Shown one piece after another: positions 54,601 to 64,000 of a DNA stretch of 64,000 bases; the first letter of the stretch is position 1, and every line of letters starts with the position of its first letter. The notes below the pieces were generated by a model. It saw nothing but the letters and a program-made list of their open reading frames with translations. It was not told where the DNA came from and searched no databases. The position numbers and the translations under genes were made by a program. The DNA is from the human T2T-CHM13v2.0 reference genome, Homo sapiens: NCBI RefSeq assembly GCF_009914755.1, contig NC_060926.1; one strand, 5' to 3'.

Positions 54601-56679
54601 GGTATGGGTGAGGGGCCCAGATGAAGACCCCTCCACCTCCTCTCACCCTCCACTTCCCAGATCAGTCCTGGGATGAGGTTGGGCTCCTATCGGCACATTC
54701 TTGCACACTCTAAGCACTCTCAAAGCTAAGCACCTTCCCAGAGGGGAAAATTCCTCTGTTGGTTTAAATATTTATCCATGTTTCCAGAGCTATTGACCCT
54801 GAACTTCCTGCTCCTGAGGGATCTATACCAATCTGGGGTTTGTTTACATGCTGTTTTATTGTAGACATTTTGTTGCCGATTGTCCAATAACACCATGGGG
54901 CAAGTGGCACCAATGCACTTAGGTGTGCATGCCACAGGATAATTTTTTGAGACATCTTAATATGTCTTGGGCTAATATATGAAAAAATGGAAAAAAATGA
55001 AGTAGGGGAAAGATACTTGGTCTTGAATCAGAAAAGCCAACTTGAATGGCTCTGCCATTTCTAGCTTTATGTCTTGGGGCAAGTCAGTCGAATGGTGAAT
55101 CTCAATTTCATCCATCTACCTCCCAGAGTTTGAGCGAGGGTCAAACATTTTACGTATATCTTACCTATGCAAAGAGGTATAATATTCGTGCCTGTAATAT
55201 ATAATTGACACACATATATACATGGTATTATCTGTGTATATTTATATATTATATACATGTAGATAGTATATATGTAAGCATACCAAAATCTTATTATACA
55301 TATACATTTTGGAAAACTGAAGCACTGAACTGCGTGTATATTTGGGATTTTTATTTTTGAGATAATGTGGTTCTCACAATCCTTGTTTTGTGTTAGTTCT
55401 GCTGAAACATGTTTCCAATGACGTTTGAATTTTAAACAAGGATCACTGTGATATAAGAGCTCAGTTGTTTTAAAAGGACTGTCCCTTCTCCTCTTGGGGA
55501 AAATGAAAGTAGGAACAGAAAATCGTCTAGTATGTGCCTCTGTTTCCAACTTCAATTTACTGTATAGGCACAGGAACCAAGAGAAATGTAAGTCGATCAG
55601 CTGTGAATGGAATGGTGACCTTCATTCATTTTTACTCTCTCTCTCTCTTTTTGTGACTGAGAAACAATAATAAAAAATTGTCTCTTCCCTTGCTTATTTC
55701 AAGACAGAGATTTTAAGTGTGTTTTATGACTTGAGCTTCTCTTAGGCCAATCTGCTTCCCTAGTAATGATGAACTAACCCTCGACGTCCATTAGCATAAG
55801 TGAATGTTATTTTGTTAACTCTGATGGGGTCCTAATCAGCGCTGATTCTCCCACCGGCACTGCATTTTGGAGGGTGCACCCAGGTGCTCTCCCAGATGTG
55901 AAAGGGAGAGTGCTGCCTGGCTCCTTCCCTGCCACCATCCCAGAACCTTCAGCTGCAGACGGTTCATGCCTGACTGAGAACCACTCAAGTGTTGCGTGAG
56001 CCACGCACTCTGCTGCATCTAATAAAATCTTTCTCCCCCAGTCCTGCTCTAGGAAAACAGACACTAATGTGAGTGATGAGAGCCTGCCCATGGCCCAGGA
56101 TGGCTGGCAGCCATGTGCAGAAGAGGCTGGCAATCACATTCCTGGGCATCTCTGCCAAGAGAGAGCAGATCCTGCAGCTCAGGATCCATCACCATTGACA
56201 AAGCCACGGGCACAAACGTTCAGTGGTTTAATCTTCTCCTCCTTTCCCTACAGGGGGGGTCCTTGCACTGTGTAGCTTATCTCCTTCCTGGCAGTGTGTG
56301 GGCTAGCGAATGAGTATGTTTGCAGGCATGCCTGCGTATGCTGGGTGGAGAGAGGAAGGAGGGGAACTAAAGCCTCGAGATGCCAAACCATGAAGAGATA
56401 AAAAGTTTTCTGCATTTGCACTTAGCTCTGCAGGGCACAAAGTAGGTGGAAAAATGGCATTCAGGAATTAGAAGATCTGAGATTCAACACAAACTCAAGC
56501 ATCTCCTGGAAATTAATCTTTCCGTGTCTCAGAGTCTTGATCTGTAGAATAGAAAACAATACTTGTCCTACATTTCCAGAATAGCCTGAACTTCTAATGA
56601 CAGCTATTCTTTGTATTGTCCAGTTTATAAAATAAACTTAAAAGTAACAAGGTGAGCTGTAGTATCTCTTGGAGTGTGA

Positions 56680-57035
56680 GCTGACTGTCCCCTGGGAGTA
56701 ATTCTGTGACCATAATTAGCCACACAGCTCCTCTGGAGGCCCCTCTAAAGGACCCCCAAGCTTGGGCACATGACCCAAGGTCAGCCAGCAAGATGCCCTG
56801 TCCCGGAAATTTACATCTGTGTATGAGCCACATGAGAACAGGGAAGCTTGCAGTGAGAGCACAGCCATTTTCCTGGAACTGCCCCACAAGGCTGTCTCTG
56901 AGCCCCTTTTGCTGGGTCCCCAGAGCTGCTGTGGCTCCCATTCTTCCTGAGGTCTGAGATTCCATCTTCCTTCAGTTCTGTAAGTCTCTCGGGTATTCTT
57001 CTAATATATTCCCTTGTTTGGCTTAAGTTAGCCCC
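56680..57035 (+). mobile_element. Old MLT1-like LTR
   Basis: gggcacatgaccca...gagccacatgag...atattccctt...ggcttaagttagcc. Confidence 0.5.
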
Positions 57036-57324
57036 AAGTCCTAAATGATAGCACTTCTAAGCTTTCTCAACTAGAAACTCTCCATGGAGGACACTGAGTT
57101 GGCCTGAGTGGGAGAAGTTTTCCCTGTCACATTGGGTTTGGTCTCGCTTTGGGCTTCATAGGAACAATGCCTTCCACTTTGAGCAAAAGAGAAGAGACAC
57201 AGTGGAGGTCTCCGGGGAAGTCCTTGCTATCAGGGTGTAACTCTTCTGGGATGTTTGGAAAGTAGTCATGTTATGAGGCAATACCACGGTGGAGCTTCTT
57301 GATGGGCAAAACAAAGAGGTGGTT

Positions 57325-57558
57325 GAGATCATAGGTTCTTGAACCAGTTTACCTGGCTTCATATCCTGGCTCTCCTGCTTACCAGCCATGTGACCTCCCA
57401 GGCTACTGTGTTTTAGTTTCTTCCTCTGTAAAATGGGGACAATGATAATATGACTTCACAGGCTATTGTAATAATTAAATGACTTAAAACACATATCATG
57501 CCGAGAATGGTCCTTGGTATGCAGTAAATGCTCAATAAATGTTAGCTGTTAGTATTAT
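57325..57558 (+). mobile_element. MIR SINE
   Basis: cctggcttcatatcctggctct...ctgtaaaatgggga...gctcaataaatgttagct. Confidence 0.85.
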
Positions 57559-57879
57559 CCTGATACTGGACATTCTTCTGTTATTACCATGAGAGTAAAC
57601 ATATAGAAGAAAATCTCAAGTTGGGTTAATAGGAAAATAAAAGCATTTTTAAAAATAAAAAAAATGGAAACAATGAATTGCTTTTTGCTGGTGCCTAGAG
57701 AGACATGCTAATGGCAGAGTTCTCCTGCCTGGAGGAAAAACTTCTTCATACTCTTGACTCCAGACTGGACTGTTCATCCAATAAAGGAGAGGTTTCTAGC
57801 CCAGCTTTCTCTCAGCAGTTAGGCTAGAAGCTACAAGGGAGCTAATATGGCCAAGTGCAGAGATTGTATCACATTTTAA

Positions 57880-58190
57880 AAAAGACTTTGATTTTAGATA
57901 CATTTTAGGTTCACAGCAAAATTGAGCATAAGATACAACGATTTCCCATGTACCTCTTCATCCCCAAATGCAGCCTCCCCCATTTCCAATATCCCTCTCC
58001 AGAGTGGTGCATTTGTTACAATGGATGAACCCACGCTGACACATCATTATCAGCCAAAGTCCACAGTTTACATTAGAGTTCACTTTTTGGGTTTGCAGAA
58101 ATTTATAAATGCATTCTATGGATTTGCAGAAATTTATACTATGTGTCTATTATACCATTATAATAGCATACAGAGGAGTTTGCCCTAGAA
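57880..58190 (-). mobile_element. L1MC/MD-like 3' end
   Basis: ttttaggttcacagcaaaattgagc...cagagtggtgcatttgttaca...aaagtccacagtttacattag. Confidence 0.85.
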
Positions 58191-59050
58191 TCATGAGATT
58201 TTTGCTCACCTGGGGTCTGTTGAGCAGACTTTGAGCACGTGGGGGCTCTCCTGTTGGTGAGAGAAATGGACTAGTGTTATGGGCTTCAGGACACCTTGGA
58301 GGGCACAGGGACCGATAACAAATGTATGTGTGCACCACAACACCCATGTAAAACAAGTCTACTTGCCCCGTGATGAAAAACTATTCACCTTGACAAAACA
58401 GGCATGATATTCATTTGGAGGCTTGCTTCTAAGAAAGATAAATCCTGCTGTCACTGCACAAAGAGATAAGAAAGACCGGATGACAGTTTTTCATTGATAA
58501 AAGATTCTGTCTGTATTTTAAAAGAATTTACTTTCTCCCCTCTACTGATACCCACATGAGTTAAGGCAGAGATACACTATCTTTCATGTTTTTGTCAGAA
58601 TGTGTTATTACTGTGGGTGGCGGTGACTCAATTGCCTCATTTAGTGATCTGACTGAAGTAGAATGTTGCCTGTACATGAGCTACAGGGCCCAAATAAAGT
58701 ACAACCTCCAGAATTAAGAAGCAAGACCCGGAAGCATTCTTGGCTGGAAGGGAAACTAACATGAGTTCATGAAAAATGGGGGAGGTTCGCTGTGTGCAGA
58801 ACTCTTCCTGGAAATTAATCTTTGCTAATAGAAGTTAAAAAAATTTGCTTATGTCCAGGGTGTTTTTAAAAACCTTACTGGGGAGACAATATTGTACAAT
58901 AATTAATATAAGATGAGCAGTCATCCAATTTTCACATGAAGTAAGGTGGCAATAAGGTTGAAAGAAAAGAATTAGAGTAGCCATTCTGTCTACAGAGTAT
59001 GGGGCAGAAATGAAAATTCTGTTCCTCTTGGTAGGTCCAAATCTGAGTGA

Positions 59051-59304
59051 GCATGTTCTCACTTATAAGTGGGAGCTGGGTGATGAGAACAATGGACACA
59101 TGTGGGGAGAACAGCACACACTGGAACCTGTTGGAGGAAGTGGGGCAGTGGGAGAGAGAGCATCAGGAAGAATAGCTGATGGATGCTGGGCTTAATAACT
59201 AGGTGATAGGATGATCTGTGCAACAAACTATGCCACATGTTTACCTATGTAACAAATGTGCACATCCTACACATGTACCCCTGAACTTAAAAGTTGAAAA
59301 AAAA
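59051..59304 (+). mobile_element. L1PA13-16-like 3' end
   Basis: gcatgttctcacttataagtgggagct...gtttacctatgtaacaaa...ctgaacttaaaagttgaaaaaaa. Confidence 0.88.
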
Positions 59305-59383
59305 TAACAATAGATACACTTAGAGACTTATCTGTGGAGATACTCATCAAGGTTATTTATAGTAAAGAAATGGAAAACCTTCA

Positions 59384-59758
<375 letters not shown>

Positions 59759-60640
59759 CTAGTTCACCCATTCTAATGTAGCCATTGCAAATGATAAGGT
59801 TAGAAACTTAAGGCATGGAAAATAGTCATAATGGTATAAAATGTACAAAGTAGTTTATAAAATAAAATGTATTGTGTGAAAAAGAACCTAAGAGTATAAG
59901 GCAAATTTGTGGAAGACTTATTATCTTTGTTTTACACTTTAGTAAATTCAGGCTAAACCAACATCAAATTAACCAGAATTAAGATTAGGGCTCAAGTCTT
60001 CTGACTTCTGGTCTAGATTGTTATGTGTTTTTTTTTTTGTTTGTTTGTTTTTTGTTTTTCTCCCACATGCTACGTATACTTTCTTAAATCTAATACTTTC
60101 TGAAACTGGAAGTTTTGCTTCTGAGGATTTATAATACAGCATTTCATATACTGAGATTGGATATAGCAAAAGAATCTCAGTAAAATTCATTTTAGAAATA
60201 GGTGAAATTTAATGATGAATGTATTTGAAAAAAAAAATCTGGGTGAGCAGGCGTAGTCCTTCCAGATCATACTAAGCAAAGAAACTTCTGATCCTCATTT
60301 GGTTTCCCAGGTAGATTTCCCATTGGGAATAGAATGCACTGGCAATTGATATGAATATTCCAGCCTGCTTATCACTGTTACTTATTAACAGTAGGTTAAT
60401 CCTCACAGAAACCCAAAGAAATAGGAACTCTTATTAACCTAATTTTAAAGAGTAGGAAACTAAAGCCCCCGATATGTTAACTTGTGTTTAAAGGGTTTTG
60501 GCATAGAAGATGTTATTGTTTCCATTTGACAGATAAAAACACTGCAGCTCAACACACAGTGGATAAGAACCTGGCTCTGGAGTCAAAGTCTTGTATCCCA
60601 AGCTCCATCACTCACTGCCTGGCGGCCTTAGGAAGATACC

Positions 60641-61169
60641 TGTGGCAGAGTGTCTTGCCCGACAATAGCCACAGCAACATTTCTGCTCCCACGTGCTCTT
60701 CTAGAATCTAGCCTTTCAAGGGGTAGAGTCTGTTTTCCCTCCTCTTGAACCTAGGCAAGACTTCATAACTACCTCCATGAATACAACGAGGTGGAAGTGA
60801 TGCTGCCTGGCTTCTGAGGGTAGACTGTAAAGTTGATGCGGTTTCCACCAGGCTCTCCTTCTCTGGGGGCCTTTTCCCTTGGAAACTGCCACCATGCTGG
60901 GAGGAAACCCTCACAGAGAGACCGCTGTGGAGAGGAACTGAAGCTCCCAGCATCGAACTCCAGACACGTGAGTGAATACGACTTGAGATGATTCCCGCCC
61001 CCTGCCTTTGAGTCTCCCAGTTGAGGCCCCAGACATGGTGGAGCTGAGATGAACCATCCTTGCTATGTTCTATCCGTACTTCTGGGCCCCAGAATCCATG
61101 CGCTAATAAATGACTTCTTTAGAGCACAAGTTTGGGGTAATTTTCTGCACAGATATAGTAACTGGAACA
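60641..61169 (+). mobile_element. MLT1G-like solo LTR inside a MIR
   Basis: tgtggcaga...gccaccatgctgggaggaa...tttggggtaatt...agtaactggaaca. Confidence 0.82.
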
Positions 61170-61404
61170 GTACTTAAGATACTTTTTGGCATCTTAGTGT
61201 CCTTGTCTGCAAAATGGGAGTAACAGCAGTATCTGTCTCATGGTGGTTGTGAGAATTTGATGTGCACAAATTGCTCAGTGTACTTCCTGGAAAATAATAA
61301 TCCAGTGTTTACATAGGACTTACTATGGGCCAGGTATTGCCCTAAGAACTTTACATATATTAACTTTAAATCTTTAAAACAATCTTATGATGTAAGTACT
61401 ACTT

Positions 61405-61556
61405 AAATTGTATTTTGTTGAGATGAAATGGACATAGTATACAATTAACCTTTTTGAAGTGAGCAATTCGGTGGCATTTAATACCTTCACCATGTTGTAC
61501 AACCACCACCTCTCCCTGGTTCCAAAACATTTTTATCACCCCAAAAGCAAACAAGG
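61405..61556 (-). mobile_element. Short L1MB 3' end inside a MIR
   Basis: gttgagatgaaat...ggtggcatttaatac...ttccaaaacatttttatcacccc; TSD gtactactt; reverse MIR on both sides (about 61300-61710). Confidence 0.8.
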
Positions 61557-62914
61557 GTACTACTTTTAAACCCAGTTCACAGAGGAGGAAACTCAGGCAA
61601 AGAGAGGGTCATGTAACTTGCCCACGGTTAGACAGATAGTAATGACAGAGCTGGGATTAGAACACACTTGACTCCAGGGTCTGTGATCTTTGCTATCACG
61701 CTGGGCTGCCTAGTGCACAAGGGAAGTGACTTGCCCAAACCACACAACTGCCACATCCACTGGCAAAGCCCAGATTGCTCTGCTCCTAAAGCTTGTGTAT
61801 TTTCTGCTGAGAGAAAGCTTACATTGACCGTATCAGTCAAGTTTCTGAACACCTGAGTCAACATTCAGGGTCTGATCGTTCCATAAACTCACCATGCTGA
61901 GGGTCAGACCATGAGCCTTCCTAAACAACACCCACCCTCCGCCACAAGATGCGGTCACCCACTGAGGTTACACTTGAAATGGTCAGCTCTGCTGAACATC
62001 TTAATTGCCACATTGATCTCTCTGGAGTGGAAAATGTGTACTACCACTCTGCAGTAAAATGGCTATTTGGCAGAGAAAAACATCTCTGGTCCAAAATGAA
62101 TAATTCTTTTACTCTGTGGCCTACCAAAATATTTGGGTAATTGCTTTAGCTAGAGCTGTCCAATCTTAGGCTTCCTCACCCATGGTGGTTCTTCTGTAGC
62201 TGCGTAGACTCTGCGTGCATATAAAGAGATTTACAGCTCTTGGCCCTGGAAACAGAAATGTGTGCTGCCCTCATAAGAATAGAGTTTTATGTCCTACAGA
62301 CTCAGTGTAGGTTGGATTGATTGCTTTTCCTTTCTTTCACAGTGTCAACACTCTCAAAATACAGAAATCTACACACGATTTGAGGCTCGAGTCTTAGGCA
62401 GGTCCAAGGAGCTGTGAATGCTATGGGTGTAGTGGTCAGGGTCTGGTTAGGAGACAGAAAGCATATCTGTTATTGAACAGAGATTAAAATCAGTTCTGGC
62501 TGGTATGGGTGAGGTGGGGTGGAGGTTGCTTTTGTGGGCCTGGGAGCCCACCTAGAGGTGAAATGCCAAGAATTGAGGGAACACGCAACTAGAACCTGAC
62601 TGTTAAGCATCATGCTGGCAGAAGACAAGGGATGTTTCTGACATCTGGGCTTGATGGGGCAGTGGAGTGGAAGCTTTGCCTCTTGTTACTTGGGCCTTGT
62701 ACATGGACCATATTTACCACACGTGACAGGCAAAAGGATGTCTGGGGTCCTAAGGGCAGGCACTCAGTGTGCTAACAATAACCATGCTACATGTTCTGCA
62801 GGAAGATGCCACTATTAATCCATCACCAGCAAAGCATGTGCTTTGAGTGGTTTTGCTTTTTCCAGCGGTCATGGGTCTACACTGTACCATCCGCGACAGT
62901 TTGACAAAGAGGAA

Positions 62915-63120
62915 GGAACAGAGATTTTGGATTCAGTCAGATCCTGGTTTGAGCTCTGATCATGTCATTTATTAGTTGTGCCACTATGTCACAGTCTTCC
63001 TGGGTCTCAATTTCCTCTTATGTATCATGGGACTAATAACATCCATTATGGCTTATTTTTGAAAATGAATGCATGGAATGCTGTAACGTGCACTGCATGC
63101 AGTAGGTGCACAATGTAGGT
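62915..63120 (+). mobile_element. MIR SINE
   Basis: tggattcagtcagatcctggtttgag...gtctcaatttcctc...gcagtaggtgcacaat. Confidence 0.65.
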
Positions 63121-63182
63121 CAGCATGGCACGCATATGCAAGAGAGTGGGGACTTTCTGACCATAAATGGAGCCAGTTAATT

Positions 63183-63246
63183 AGGCCACACGTTGAACTT
63201 TAATCTTGGCCTTCACAGCATCCTGCTCTAACCAACTGAGCCAGGC
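63183..63246 (-). pseudogene. Degraded tRNA-Ile(AAT)-derived sequence (MamSINE1-like head)
   Basis: Reverse complement gctcagttggttagagc...tgct...gccaag...gttcaa aligns with the tRNA-Ile D-arm, anticodon flank and T-loop; anticodon and stems are decayed. Confidence 0.65.
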
Positions 63247-64000
63247 ATATTCTTACTTACAGTGTTGAGTTTATAGAAACTTCAGCTTCAGTGATTTGAA
63301 TCAACATCAATGTTTTATTCTGGAGGCAATTAGCAACTCCTCAGTCACTTTGTAAATCCACTTTGCAGTTGCCATTTTGAGACAGAGCTGGCATTACGGG
63401 GCTTAATTCTGGCAGGTAACCGTTGCGGTTACCCAGCGGAGCTGCAATCTAGTAATGGAAAAGTGTTTCATTTTAACTATGAAATTTAACACAAAGAATA
63501 CAGCTGCTCAACCGGGCAGTGACAGTGTATGTTAATTTGATTTATATACATGCAATGTACCATGCCTAATGTTGAATGTTGGAAGACTCCAGCAAGCCTG
63601 ATACCAGCCACATAAATGAGACACTACCATTACGAACTGACTTCACATGTATAAGCTCACCTGCTTGGAGCAAATAAAGCTGTGGGAGTCAGTCTGTGCA
63701 AGGGAAACAAGGAGTGTTCTCCTGCATTGCACACGTGAGGGCTGGGTCTTCCCAAACCAAGGACGTGGCTTTTCTAGAAGTAGTCGTCAGGATTCTCACT
63801 ATATGCCCAGTCCATTGGCAAGTCCGGGACACTGTGCTCAAGTAAATAATCTGTGGAGTGGGAAGTGGCTTAGGGCTCCCTGTTGGTTCACGGCATGCCC
63901 TACTTGGATAGGAAACTTCTGGCTAACCAGAATCCCTGAGAGCAAAATTCTTACAGGAACTGACAGCCATGTGGAATGCACTTGGCAAAAAAAGCACATG

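Noticed and set aside
55195-55310. AT-rich quasi-palindromic stretch (also 43310-43390)
   Set aside because: Self-complementarity is explained by TA low complexity.

Overview
Primate, almost certainly human, non-coding genomic DNA (intergenic or deep intronic). It carries 13 Alus, including two with diagnostics of the human-lineage AluYa5 subfamily. It also has many MIR and L2 relics, L1 3' fragments, MaLR/ERVL LTRs (THE1, MLT1, MLT2), DNA-transposon relics (MER47, MER20, MER5), microsatellites and a degraded tRNA-Ile-derived SINE head. I recognise no protein-coding gene, intact RNA gene or CRISPR array, and the supplied ORFs look like chance or repeat-derived frames. I found no convincing new biological system. 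The best signals are repair and retrotransposition scars: (i) an Alu-L1 chimeric insertion under one target-site duplication (TSD); (ii) two or three short patches copied from unique DNA about 2 kb away into old repeats; (iii) a near-pristine AluYa5 with source-element features and a second truncated Ya5-type Alu 1.5 kb away; (iv) a nested fold-back palindrome. Repeat names come from remembered consensus sequences, not a database search, and old-repeat boundaries are approximate.
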